Shown here one piece after another: positions 18,785 to 28,960 of a DNA stretch of 64,000 nucleotides. The notes below the pieces were generated by a model. That model was given only the letters and a program-made list of their open reading frames with translations. It was not told the DNA's origin and did not search any database. The translations under genes were made by a program, and so were the position numbers. The stretch covers positions 4,159 to 68,158 of the forward strand of contig JBEAPC010000254.1 in assembly GCA_041164585.1 (NCBI GenBank), given 5' to 3'. This stretch comes from Bacteroidota bacterium (GTDB taxonomy: Bacteria; Bacteroidota; Bacteroidia; Chitinophagales; Chitinophagaceae). Numbering within the stretch: position 1 is the stretch's first letter; every line of letters starts with the position of its first letter.

Positions 18785-20815
18785 ATGAAGAAAAAAATCC
18801 TCCATTTTACAGGAACCCTTTTGTTAACCAGTTTGATGTCATTTTCACAGCAAACCAAACAACCAGATCTTGGAACAAAATCCGTTGGTCTAATAACATC
18901 AAATGAGCTAAAGTTTAAAGATTTAAATAAAAACGGAAAATTGGATGCCTATGAAGACTGGCGTCTTTCTAATGATCAACGCTCCAAAAACCTGCTTTCT
19001 CAAATGAGTTTGGAGGAAAAAGTAGGGTTTATGCTCATTAGTACTGCCAGAATGAAAAATGATAGGGGAACAGAACCTGGAGCTGCGCCTGCCCCAATTA
19101 CCAGTGATTTCAATGAAGAAGATCAGGTACAAAAAAACAATATGTTTACGCGTAAACCACTGCCGGTAGAAATGATGATGTCTGCTGGATCAAGCAAGGG
19201 TGTTAAGGATTTTCATTTACGCCATTTTATTCTTAGGGCCAATGCGCCTGCAAAAACCATGGCAGAATGGGCCAATAAATTGCAAGCCCTTTGTGAATCA
19301 GAACCATTGGGAATTCCAGCCATCATAGCTTCTAATCCTAGAAACCATATTACCAAAGATGCTTCTGTAGGCTTGAGTGTTGGCAAAACAGTCTTTTCAA
19401 CCTGGCCCGGGGAATTAGGTTTATCAGCCATGAATGACTTGTCCATTGTAAGAACCTTTGCAAATATTGCCCGCCAAGAATGGGCAGCGGTTGGTCTGCG
19501 CAAAGGCTATATGTATATGGCAGATTTAAGTACGGAACCACGTTGGCAAAGAATAGAAGGAACTTTTGGAGAAGATGCTAACTGGGTAGCTAAAATGATC
19601 ACCGAAGTGGTATTGGGTTTTCAAGGAAACAAATTGTCCAATAGTTCTATAGCATTAACAACCAAACATTTTCCTGGAGGCGGTGCAGGTGTTGGTGGGC
19701 AAGATCCGCATTTTGACTGGGGAAAATATGAGCACTTTCCTGGAGGGATGTTCAAAAACAATTTAATTCCATTTCATGCAGCCATCAAAGCTGGAACATC
19801 GGCTATTATGCCCTACTATTCTATGCCCTTAGATACCAAGTATGAAAAAATTGCTTATGCCTATAATAAAGCAGTGATCAAAGACTTACTAAGAGACAGT
19901 CTTGGATTTAAAGGCATTATCAATTCTGATACTGGACCCATTGAAATGATGCCTTGGGGTGCAGAAAATCTAACCATTGTGGAAAGGTACAAACGCACAT
20001 TGGAAGCCGGTGTAAATATTTACTCTGGCACAGCAGACCCTTCAAAACTCATGGAAGCAGTTAAGTCTGGGCCACAGTATCTGCAAATGGTTGATAGCTC
20101 AGTATACAAATTGCTCATGGAGAAATTTACTTTGGGTCTTTTTGAAAACCCCTATGTAGATGCAGACAAGGCAGAACAATTTGTGGGCAATAAAGAATTT
20201 CAGGCCAAGGCCGATATCGCCATGCGTAAATCTATTGTATTGCTTAGAAATGAATCAGAAGCACTTCCTTTAAAACCAAAGACCAAGGTTTATTTTGAAA
20301 CCTATGTTCAAAAACGTGGTGGAAGCCCCAGTACGGTATACCAACCAGCTAACGCGGATCCTAATTTGGAATTTGTAAAAACACCAGAAGAAGCGGATCT
20401 GATTTTACTATGGTTACACCCCGGTGGAAAATCTTTGTTTGGATCAGATGGTTCACCCATTTATTTATCCCTTTCCAAAAATGCCATAGACGTGGAATAT
20501 GTAAAAGGATTGATGGCTAAAAAACCAACAGTTCTTGCCATCAATTATACCAATCCTTGGGTCATTGATGAAATTTATAATAATGCCACCAAGCCCAATA
20601 TCAAAGCGGTGCTTGCAAGTTTTGGCACTACCCCTGATGCCCTATTAGATATAGTGTCAGGTAGGTTTCATCCCACAGGAAAAATGCCTTTTACAACCCC
20701 AATTTCTGAGGCAGTGGTTGAAAAACAATTATCAGATGTTCCTGGAAATCTTAAGGGTCCTGGTTATGGATTATTTAAGTTTAAAGAAGGACTGGAATAC
20801 AAAAAGAAAAAATAA
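18785..20815 (+). CDS. Glycoside hydrolase family 3 (beta-glucosidase-like), exported
   Basis: Signal peptide; FKDLNKNGKLD.YEDWRL, LGIP, KHFPG, IMPYY, INSD nucleophile, GKMPF. Confidence 0.9.
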   Translation: MKKKILHFTGTLLLTSLMSFSQQTKQPDLGTKSVGLITSNELKFKDLNKNGKLDAYEDWRLSNDQRSKNLLSQMSLEEKVGFMLISTARMKNDRGTEPGAAPAPITSDFNEEDQVQKNNMFTRKPLPVEMMMSAGSSKGVKDFHLRHFILRANAPAKTMAEWANKLQALCESEPLGIPAIIASNPRNHITKDASVGLSVGKTVFSTWPGELGLSAMNDLSIVRTFANIARQEWAAVGLRKGYMYMADLSTEPRWQRIEGTFGEDANWVAKMITEVVLGFQGNKLSNSSIALTTKHFPGGGAGVGGQDPHFDWGKYEHFPGGMFKNNLIPFHAAIKAGTSAIMPYYSMPLDTKYEKIAYAYNKAVIKDLLRDSLGFKGIINSDTGPIEMMPWGAENLTIVERYKRTLEAGVNIYSGTADPSKLMEAVKSGPQYLQMVDSSVYKLLMEKFTLGLFENPYVDADKAEQFVGNKEFQAKADIAMRKSIVLLRNESEALPLKPKTKVYFETYVQKRGGSPSTVYQPANADPNLEFVKTPEEADLILLWLHPGGKSLFGSDGSPIYLSLSKNAIDVEYVKGLMAKKPTVLAINYTNPWVIDEIYNNATKPNIKAVLASFGTTPDALLDIVSGRFHPTGKMPFTTPISEAVVEKQLSDVPGNLKGPGYGLFKFKEGLEYKKKK

Positions 20816-20819
20816 CCGC

Positions 20820-20858
20820 AAAAAAAGAACCCCCGCATTTTGCGGGGGTCCTTTTTTA
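20820..20858. terminator. Bidirectional intrinsic terminator
   Basis: A-run, ACCCCCGCA-ttt-TGCGGGGGT, T-run between convergent genes. Confidence 0.85.
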
Positions 20859-20876
20859 TAAGTAGCGGGGGAAAGT

Positions 20877-21719
20877 TTATCTAATTTGTCCTCGAACAAT
20901 ACCAGCAGGTTTAGCCGTGCTATGTGCATTCACATAAAGTGCGTCATTTTTTAATGAAGTCAGTGTTGCATCGTCTATTGACAAAATCTTAGTAGTACCA
21001 AATTCAGATCCTGCACCATAAATACCTACCATCACTGAACCATTTACACCAGCAGCTCCTTTGTGAATATGTGCAGCAGTAAGGGCATCACTGGTTTCTA
21101 GATTGGATACGGTTAACCTAGCATATAATTGTTTGTCTGAGGTAACTCTAATAATGGCCAATCCAGTAGCAGTACTAGTGCCAGCAGGTACTTCATTTGC
21201 TGGGCTCAATGCAACATCTGTAGCCAGTTCAATTACTTTATTTAATTGTCCTCTTACTATTCCTGCAGGAGCTTGACTGGAGTGTACGTTTAAGTAAAGT
21301 TCCTTACTGTCATCTTTTAAACTATCAATAAAAGTGGAACGCAATCCGCTAATGATGGCCGTAGCAGTACCGTTGCTAAAACTTGGTTTCAAGTCTAAAA
21401 TCACACCACTGCTAGTAATTACATTACCCACGTGAATATGAGAATTGGTTAGTGCGTCTCCGCTAGCCAATCCGGTAACACTAATACTATACCTGAGAGA
21501 ACCATCGGTTAACAGTTCTAGCATGGCAGATCCTGATTCATTTCTACCAGCAGGTGCTGGTACTTCGTTTTTAGCAGAAAGTGTTATCATCCAGTGTTTT
21601 ACAACTGTAGGATCTGGAACGGTTTCATTCTTTTTGCAAGAAAATAAAGCAGTAGATACCATCAATAATAGTATCGCAATTTTGGTTGTTGGTTTCAACA
21701 TAGTGGGTTTTATTTCCAC
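20877..21719 (-). CDS. Tandem CHRD-domain lipoprotein
   Basis: Lipobox LFSC; two LS..NEVP...HIH...LY.N.HS...P.G.VRGQ units. Confidence 0.85.
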   Translation of the reverse strand: MEIKPTMLKPTTKIAILLLMVSTALFSCKKNETVPDPTVVKHWMITLSAKNEVPAPAGRNESGSAMLELLTDGSLRYSISVTGLASGDALTNSHIHVGNVITSSGVILDLKPSFSNGTATAIISGLRSTFIDSLKDDSKELYLNVHSSQAPAGIVRGQLNKVIELATDVALSPANEVPAGTSTATGLAIIRVTSDKQLYARLTVSNLETSDALTAAHIHKGAAGVNGSVMVGIYGAGSEFGTTKILSIDDATLTSLKNDALYVNAHSTAKPAGIVRGQIR

Positions 21720-21763
21720 TTCTTACGGGAAAACTATATATCAGGTTGCCATTTGCTAAAATA

Positions 21764-21985
21764 TTATTTGTGGCTTTTTTGATAGTGTTCCAATAAAAGG
21801 TCTCCCCCAAAATCATTTTTCAGGTCTCGTAATACAGAATGAACATGGTTGGCCTTATTCTGTGTATTGTCATATTCAATGAGTATTCCCGGACCTTGAA
21901 TACGATAATAAGTTCCTTTGCCTAAAGCTTCCGTGGTTGTCCCTGCCCAGGCAAAATATAAAAGATTTAAATTGTCTTTTTCATA
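21764..21985 (-). pseudogene. 5'-truncated remnant of a DUF3500-family gene (not in the ORF track)
   Basis: Manual translation: YEKDNLNLLYFAWAGTTTEALGKGTYYRIQGPGILIEYDNTQNKANHVHSVLRDLKNDFGGDLLLEHYQKSHK*; no in-frame start codon between it and the next upstream stop. Confidence 0.75.
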
Positions 21986-22071
21986 TAGGCCATTGAAGTA
22001 GTACTCAGTAATGTACTCATTTTCTAATTCTCTGCTAGAGTCTAATTCTGTACATTCAAGAAATTTTTGGC

Positions 22072-23520
22072 ATGAAGACCGTCCTGATTTTGAGCATCCT
22101 TTTATGTTTTAATAGCGCAAATGCCCAGCTTAAAAAAGCAGACTTGATTTTACATGATATTACTATTGTAGATGTAGCCAATAATAAATTGATTACGCAT
22201 CAAACAGTGGTGGTTGCAAAAGACCGGATCATAGAAGTAGGAGCAAATGCCATTGGGAAAAAATACCAAGCCCAACAGTTGATTCCATCTACGGGAAAAT
22301 ATATCATGCCATCACTTTGGGATATGCACGTGCATTTTGGTGGGGATACTTTAAAGGAAGAAAACAAATGGTTATTACCTCTTTATTTAGCAGCAGGTGT
22401 TACAGCTGTAAGGGATTGCGCGGGCGATATTAGTCTTGAATTATTGGCATGGAAAAAAGCCATCGCTGCAGGCAAATTAGAGGGACCTACCATCTTTACA
22501 TCAGGCCCCAAATTAGAAGGCCCAAAATCAATTTGGCCTGGAGATTTAGAAATAGCCAATGAAACAGAAATGAACCTGGCTTTGGATTCTTTGAAAAAAT
22601 TAGAAGTAGACTTTATCAAGATTACAGACAATGCCTTGGATCCAGCACTTTTTTTAGCCTCCATTAAAGCTTCCAGAAAAAGGGGTTGGAAGGTATCGGG
22701 GCACGCGCCTGTTCAGTATACATTGAATGAATTATCTGACGCAGGCCTGTCTACTGTGGAGCATTTGTCTTATTTATTAAGAGCTGCATCAAAAGAGGAA
22801 GAACGCATAACACTAGCCCGCAGACAAGGAACCATTAGTGCTAAAGATGCCAATGAACAACTGATGCAAACCATGGATTCTGCTACAGCCATTCGTAAAT
22901 TCAAAATGCTAGCCGCCAATGGAACTGCGGTAGTGCCCACTATGAATGGATCACGTGTGGTAGCCTATCTTGATCAAGACAATCACCAACAAGATGACTA
23001 TTTAAAATACCTAGGACCAGAACTAAAGAGAACCTATCATTGGAGAGTAGATAGGGCCTCCAAGGATAATGCTGCTGCCATTGCTGCAAGACATCAAAAC
23101 TTTGAAACCGCTGCCCATTTAATTCCTTGGTTGCATCAAGCTGGTGTTCCCTTCTTGGCGGGTACCGATGCTGGTTATTTGAATTCTTATAATTATCCCG
23201 GCATTGGTTTGCACCATGAAATGGCCATGATGGTGCATTATGGTTTACCCATTCATGAAGCCCTCAAAGCATCGGTGATCAATGGTCCTGCATTTTTCAA
23301 TTTGTCAAAAGACTTTGGGGCAGTGTCTACTAATAAAATGGCAGACCTTTTAATCCTTGACGCCAATCCACTAGCCAATATTGAGAACACCCAAAAAATC
23401 AATAGCCTGATTAGAAAAGGCGTTTACCTAGATAGAAAAGCATTAGACAAACTATTAGCTGATACAGAGCAAAAAGTAAAGACAAAAGAAACGGCTGAGA
23501 AAAAGGGCGCTAAAATTTAA
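22072..23520 (+). CDS. Exported metal-dependent amidohydrolase
   Basis: Signal peptide; DMHVH, GHAP, VEH, AGTD, ADLLILDANPL. Confidence 0.85.
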   Translation: MKTVLILSILLCFNSANAQLKKADLILHDITIVDVANNKLITHQTVVVAKDRIIEVGANAIGKKYQAQQLIPSTGKYIMPSLWDMHVHFGGDTLKEENKWLLPLYLAAGVTAVRDCAGDISLELLAWKKAIAAGKLEGPTIFTSGPKLEGPKSIWPGDLEIANETEMNLALDSLKKLEVDFIKITDNALDPALFLASIKASRKRGWKVSGHAPVQYTLNELSDAGLSTVEHLSYLLRAASKEEERITLARRQGTISAKDANEQLMQTMDSATAIRKFKMLAANGTAVVPTMNGSRVVAYLDQDNHQQDDYLKYLGPELKRTYHWRVDRASKDNAAAIAARHQNFETAAHLIPWLHQAGVPFLAGTDAGYLNSYNYPGIGLHHEMAMMVHYGLPIHEALKASVINGPAFFNLSKDFGAVSTNKMADLLILDANPLANIENTQKINSLIRKGVYLDRKALDKLLADTEQKVKTKETAEKKGAKI

Positions 23521-24610
23521 AAAATATTTTCTTCTGGTATAACCAATAACAGATGCCCCACATGGCCAACCAAACGGAACAGCTTGTGAGTATCTTGGCA
23601 CTGTATTCTCCACACCAAGCAAATAAGAGTTTGACAAAGGGCTCCAATATATGATGCAATATTTCAGCCCCACCAATTTTGAAAAACAAATAGATAAACA
23701 AACTATTGGACCCTACAATGATAAAGAATTTGGCGCCCTTGGTAAATTGAAGTTGTACATCTATTAACCAATAGGAAGAGGATAATACCAATATTGCCCA
23801 TCCGCCACTGGCAAAAACAAAAGAACTTGTAGCTATTTTTTTAATGATGGGTGTAATGTCTAATAGGTCTAAACTATAACCGAATAGCATACAAAAAACG
23901 CCAGCTAGCACTAGGCTTTGAACTTTTTCCTGAACAGGTTTTTCTTGCATCAATAATTTGCCACAAAGCACGCCCCAAATAGTATGGGCCGTTGTAGAAA
24001 CCGCATTTAAACTTGACCAGATAGAAGCTTTCTCTACTCCTTCAATGGTATTGTTAAACCATGCTCCCAAATTTTCATAAGGCACCCAAGGATGGTTAAA
24101 TCCCTCAACTGGAAAATACCTGTAAGCAAGGTCAATCAATAAAAGCAGGATTAAAGAAAAACCCAGTTGAAATTTGAAGGATTTGTCTCTGATTAAAAAT
24201 GCTACTAGATAAGTAACGGATAATTGTGCCAACACATTTTGAAACCTAAAAACCAAGTGACCTGCGTTTACAAAATACAAACCCCATCCAAAGAACAACA
24301 ATAAACCTGCTCTCTTAAATGCGTGTTGGGTAATGGTTTTAACCGATTCGCCTGCTTTTTGCCTATTAGCCACAGCAAAGGGAATAGACACCCCCACTAT
24401 AAACATAAAAAAGGGTTGAATCAAATCCCAAAAATAAAGTCCATGCCACTCATGATGATCCAATCTTTGACCAAGACCTTTTACCAAAACCCAATCAGAT
24501 GCTCTTAAGTGTTCATACAAACCACTTGCTTCACCCGCTAAGAGGAACATGGTAATGCCTCTAAAAAAATCTACTGATTGGATTCTTGTTGATGGAGAAT
24601 TTATTTGCAT
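23510..24610 (-). CDS. Membrane acyltransferase-like protein (HGSNAT/NagX/DUF5009 family)
   Basis: RIQSVDFFRG, H..WHG..FWDLIQPFFMFIVG, PIIKKIATSSF; multiple TM helices. Confidence 0.8.
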   Translation of the reverse strand: MQINSPSTRIQSVDFFRGITMFLLAGEASGLYEHLRASDWVLVKGLGQRLDHHEWHGLYFWDLIQPFFMFIVGVSIPFAVANRQKAGESVKTITQHAFKRAGLLLFFGWGLYFVNAGHLVFRFQNVLAQLSVTYLVAFLIRDKSFKFQLGFSLILLLLIDLAYRYFPVEGFNHPWVPYENLGAWFNNTIEGVEKASIWSSLNAVSTTAHTIWGVLCGKLLMQEKPVQEKVQSLVLAGVFCMLFGYSLDLLDITPIIKKIATSSFVFASGGWAILVLSSSYWLIDVQLQFTKGAKFFIIVGSNSLFIYLFFKIGGAEILHHILEPFVKLLFAWCGEYSAKILTSCSVWLAMWGICYWLYQKKIFFKF

Positions 24611-24721
24611 TTTGTAAGCATGAAATTTGAGTACTAAATAAATATAATAAAAATGATCATGTTATAACAATAAGGAATCAGGTATCTGAATTAAACTTAA
24701 TTTCATATCCAATTGAAACTT

Positions 24722-25279
24722 ATGGCATTGAAATTATACATGGTATTATTAGGGGGCAAACCCAAGGGTAGACATACGGAGCAACACGATATGTTTTTTG
24801 GGATTGCAGAATCTTTAAAGGAGTTGATTCCTCAGTTCAATCAGTTTTGGCCAGAGGCCAAGGGCAAAATGCATATTGATGGATTTAGAGAAGTAAATCA
24901 AGTAGATGGGCAGCAAATAAATATTGTTCCTAGAGGCAGTCAAACAACTGCAGCATCGCGCCAGCTATTTTTTATTAATCTGGGAGGATACAAAAAAGAC
25001 GAGTTTGATGAGTTTCACTATAAAATGGTGGTGGCAGCAAAGGACAAAGCCGCGGCTATTCAACAAGCCAAACAAACAGCTTTTTTTAAACATACCCATT
25101 TTGAAGGTGCTAATTCTCATGTGGATGACAAATACGGAATAGACGTGGATGATCTGTATACCATTGATGAAGTGCTACCTAAATTGACCAAAGAGCAATA
25201 CAGCATTGAATTGACCCCAATACAAGAAGCCATTCAGGACGAATTGCATTTGGGATATTTTAAATTTGATACCCTCTAG
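24722..25279 (+). CDS. DUF1543 domain protein
   Basis: Duplicated L(Y/F)..LGG...E.H units and HID/HVDD motifs. Confidence 0.75.
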   Translation: MALKLYMVLLGGKPKGRHTEQHDMFFGIAESLKELIPQFNQFWPEAKGKMHIDGFREVNQVDGQQINIVPRGSQTTAASRQLFFINLGGYKKDEFDEFHYKMVVAAKDKAAAIQQAKQTAFFKHTHFEGANSHVDDKYGIDVDDLYTIDEVLPKLTKEQYSIELTPIQEAIQDELHLGYFKFDTL

Positions 25280-25335
25280 TGTAAACTGACTAGTATTCTA
25301 ATTGATTGTTGTATTTTTCTTTAATAGGCCATTGT

Positions 25336-26691
25336 ATGAAAAAAATATTACTGATTAGCTACTTGATTATTTATGGGATTGCAAATGCCCCATTTGCTCA
25401 GACCAACAAAACGGTTAAGAAATTTATTAATAGAGAGGAGGAAACCGTTTTTAACCAAGTGCAACAAGCCAGTTTTGAATACTTTAGAAAAGGCGCCGAG
25501 CCCAATAGTGGCATGGGAAGAGAGCGAATTCATATGGATGGGATTTACCCTGAAAATGACCAATCAACTGTTACCAGTGGTGGATCTGGTTTTGGTGTGA
25601 TGGCTTTATTAGTGGGAATTGAGAGGAAGTATATTAGCAGAAAAGAAGGAGTGGAACGCTTAGACAAGATTTTACATTTTCTAGAAACTGCAGACAGATT
25701 CAAAGGGGCTTGGCCACATTGGTGGTATGGTGAAACTGGAAAAGTGAGACCATTTGGTACCAAAGACAATGGAGGTGATTTAGTAGAAACATCCTATATG
25801 CTTCAAGGTTTACTTTGTCTAAGACAATATTTTCAAAATGGCACTTCAGCTGAAAAAGCCTTGGCCGCTAGGGCCGATAAATTATGGAAGGAAGTAGATT
25901 TTGATTGGTATAGAAATGGTCAAAATGTATTGTATTGGCATTGGAGTCCTGACTATGCCTGGCAAATGAATTTTCCAGTTAGAGGTTATAATGAGTGTTT
26001 GATCATGTATGTGTTGGCAGCTTCTTCGCCCACCCATGGTGTTTCTTCAGAAGTGTATCATCAAGGATGGGCAAATAATGGTAATATAAAAGCAGATAGT
26101 GTACGGTATGCAGGGTTCTCACTGCAGTTACATCATCAAGGCAATGAAGTGAATGGAGGACCTTTGTTTTGGTCACAGTATTCTTATTTAGGTTTAGACC
26201 CCAGGGGATTAAGAGACACCTATGCCGATTATTGGAAAGAAAACACCAACCAGTCATTGATCAACTATCAATGGTGTGTAGATAACCCTGGCAAGTTTAA
26301 AGAGTATGGCCCCAATAATTGGGGTCTTACCGCTAGTTATTCAGTGAATGGCTATGCCGCACACAGACCATCAATGCAAGATGATTTGGGTGTAATCACT
26401 CCTACAGCTGCACTTTCCTCTTTCCCATATACACCCAAACAATCTATGGCGGCTATGAAGCATTGGTATACCACCAAAAAAGACAAACTATTTGGGGAAT
26501 ATGGATTTTACGATGCTTTTAGTGTAAAAGATAATTGGTATCTGCCACGATATCTAGCCATTGACCAGGGTCCCATTGTTGTCATGATGGAAAATTACCG
26601 TAGTGGATTGCTTTGGGATTTATTTATGAGTTGCCCAGAAATTAAAATTGGGTTGAAAAAATTAGGTTTTCAAAGTCCTAGAATAAAATAA
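25336..26691 (+). CDS. Glucoamylase-like glycoside hydrolase, probably GH144 endo-beta-1,2-glucanase
   Basis: Signal peptide; GGSGFG, DNGGDLVET, LYWHWSP, GYNE, WGLTAS, YGFYDAF, YLAIDQGP. Confidence 0.8.
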   Translation: MKKILLISYLIIYGIANAPFAQTNKTVKKFINREEETVFNQVQQASFEYFRKGAEPNSGMGRERIHMDGIYPENDQSTVTSGGSGFGVMALLVGIERKYISRKEGVERLDKILHFLETADRFKGAWPHWWYGETGKVRPFGTKDNGGDLVETSYMLQGLLCLRQYFQNGTSAEKALAARADKLWKEVDFDWYRNGQNVLYWHWSPDYAWQMNFPVRGYNECLIMYVLAASSPTHGVSSEVYHQGWANNGNIKADSVRYAGFSLQLHHQGNEVNGGPLFWSQYSYLGLDPRGLRDTYADYWKENTNQSLINYQWCVDNPGKFKEYGPNNWGLTASYSVNGYAAHRPSMQDDLGVITPTAALSSFPYTPKQSMAAMKHWYTTKKDKLFGEYGFYDAFSVKDNWYLPRYLAIDQGPIVVMMENYRSGLLWDLFMSCPEIKIGLKKLGFQSPRIK

Positions 26692-26756
26692 TGATTTCTG
26701 CAGAAAATAGTCCAACACTTGATGCACCTTTAATTCTCTTGCTGGTAAAATAAGGA

Positions 26757-27827
26757 TTAAATAATTTTTTTGAGTCCCAGCCCAGGAAGTCCAATTGGAT
26801 GTAGGTATCCATCTTTTAATTGGAACCCACCTTCCACCAAATCTTTGGCAATATCAAAGCTTCCATCCAAATCAAGCCACTTGGTATTATTGCAGGAATA
26901 GGCACAATGTAGAGCTGCCGTAATGCTGATGATACTTTCATCATTGCATCCCCAAAATAAATCAATACCTGCATTAGCTGCAATACCTGCCATGGCTTTG
27001 GCACCTTTGATGCCACCACTTTTCATGAGTTTGATATTAAAAGCCCCATAGGGTTGTGGTGCAGCGGATAAATTAATGGCAGATTTTAAATTAATCAGTG
27101 ATTCATCAGCAACAATCATATTCTGTTCTGATGCTGTTAGTAATAACAGAGCGGCTTCTTCTCCTACTCCTAGTGGTTGTTCAATCAGTTCCAATTTCAA
27201 GTGCTGTGTAGCATGAATGAATTTGCGCAGGTTTTCTAAAGAGTAACCTTGGTTAGCGTCTACCCTAATCAACATTTTATTGCTAAAAAGTTCACTTATT
27301 TTAGTAACTCGTTCAATGTCTTCTTCAACATTCAAACCAGTTTTAATTTTTAGAATTTTGAATCCAAGTTGTTCATATCTCCTTGCTTCTTCTAACATTT
27401 CTGCTACTGGTTTAATGCCAATAGTAATTGAAGTTGGTAAAGCTTGTATGCATTTTCCGTAAAAATCTAAAACAGAGATTCCCTTGTACTTACAATAAAG
27501 GTCATGCAGCGCAATGTCAATGGCAGAAAGGGCTCCAGGTTTGTGGTCAAAATGACCAGCTGCTTGAGTGATTAAGTCTAAAAAATCTTCAATGTCTTTA
27601 CCAATAAATCTGTCAAGATATCCAGATTGCAAAAGTGCAAAAGTTTGTTGGGGTGTTTCACAAACTACGTCTTCAAAAGGATTAGCAGCACCAAGCCCAA
27701 TTAATCCATTTTCCAATTCTATTTCAAGTAATACAATCTCTGTATCTACCATAGTTTTGTAAGCAATGGTATAAGGTTTGGTTAGTGGAAGCTGGTGTAA
27801 ACTAGTATGTAAAGATTTGATTCTCAT
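26757..27827 (-). CDS. Enolase-superfamily dipeptide epimerase / N-acyl-amino-acid racemase (DgcA-like)
   Basis: KIK, DANQ, EQP, DES, NIKLMK, DLDG catalytic motifs; start MRIKS at 27827. Confidence 0.85.
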   Translation of the reverse strand: MRIKSLHTSLHQLPLTKPYTIAYKTMVDTEIVLLEIELENGLIGLGAANPFEDVVCETPQQTFALLQSGYLDRFIGKDIEDFLDLITQAAGHFDHKPGALSAIDIALHDLYCKYKGISVLDFYGKCIQALPTSITIGIKPVAEMLEEARRYEQLGFKILKIKTGLNVEEDIERVTKISELFSNKMLIRVDANQGYSLENLRKFIHATQHLKLELIEQPLGVGEEAALLLLTASEQNMIVADESLINLKSAINLSAAPQPYGAFNIKLMKSGGIKGAKAMAGIAANAGIDLFWGCNDESIISITAALHCAYSCNNTKWLDLDGSFDIAKDLVEGGFQLKDGYLHPIGLPGLGLKKII

Positions 27828-27828
27828 G

Positions 27829-28896
27829 CTAGAAGTTAACAAGGGTTTTCAAAACTGGCATTAGTTTACTAACGCCCTCTTGTATTGGCAGCAATATAGG
27901 GATTCCAAATTCCTGTTCCAATAATTTTTGGTATTGAAAAGCTTCTTCAATGCTGCAATGTTCGGTGTTAATAGCAAGTGCAATTACCTTAGAGCCATAC
28001 ATGGCAATCAAAGCTATCTCAGAAGCAATGGATGGAATCTCTCCCCATTCAGGAAGTTCTTCATAATGTATCCTCTTAGGTGCAACAACCAATACTACTT
28101 GTTTGGCATTGCCAGAAACCAATAGTTCAGACCCACAGGGCCCACTGGGATTGCGTAAAGCAGACTGACCTTCTAATAAAATCAAATCAGGATTTGTTTC
28201 TTGATTACAAGTTAGAATTGCGTGCTCTAATTCACCTGGAATAAAATCGTTCAAAGTACTGTCAAATACAAATCCATATTTCCCCCCTTGCAACCAACCT
28301 GTTTGACCAGTATAGATCATTTGAGCATTCATCCCTTCTGACTCACATGCTTGTCTAATCAGTCTGCAAGTGGTTCGTTTGCCCATAGCACAATCCATAC
28401 CAATTACTGCTATAATGGGTGTCTTGATCTTAAAAATTTCACCTGTCCAAAAATGTAAATCCTTTTTGGCTTTGGGTTTTCTAACATCAATTAATGATAC
28501 ATGGAATTCATTGGCCAATGCCTGTATCTTGGGAAAATCAGAGAGAAACTCATGCAAACCATTTACAATTGAAATGCCATTTCTGATACAGGTTTCTAAG
28601 ACAGGTAAAAAGTCATCTGGTAATTTTCCTCCCACGGTGGCAATGCCAATGATGCAGTATTGAATTCCATCAATAACTTCCAATGCTTTTGAAACAGTTG
28701 CAAATACAGGTATATTTCTATTTTTGCCATCCAAAACTTCACCAGCATCCTTACCTGCTTCCAACGGATCAATCACGCCAACTACTTCAAATCTTTCTGA
28801 GCCACGAATTAATCCATGCGCAGTTTTGGCATCTGAGTGTGTGAGCAATCCATTGGTTAGTACAATGGCTTTGGGTAAATTTTTATTTTCCTTCAT
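27829..28896 (-). CDS. DUF1611 protein (DgcN-like D-glutamate N-acetyltransferase)
   Basis: AKTAHGLIR, NGLH, GMDCAMGKRTT, TGQTG, EGQSAL. Confidence 0.85.
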   Translation of the reverse strand: MKENKNLPKAIVLTNGLLTHSDAKTAHGLIRGSERFEVVGVIDPLEAGKDAGEVLDGKNRNIPVFATVSKALEVIDGIQYCIIGIATVGGKLPDDFLPVLETCIRNGISIVNGLHEFLSDFPKIQALANEFHVSLIDVRKPKAKKDLHFWTGEIFKIKTPIIAVIGMDCAMGKRTTCRLIRQACESEGMNAQMIYTGQTGWLQGGKYGFVFDSTLNDFIPGELEHAILTCNQETNPDLILLEGQSALRNPSGPCGSELLVSGNAKQVVLVVAPKRIHYEELPEWGEIPSIASEIALIAMYGSKVIALAINTEHCSIEEAFQYQKLLEQEFGIPILLPIQEGVSKLMPVLKTLVNF

Positions 28897-28960
28897 TTAT
28901 AATAAAATCAAAATTCAAAAACTCAAAAGGTAAAAACATTAAAATTGTCACCAATCATCT

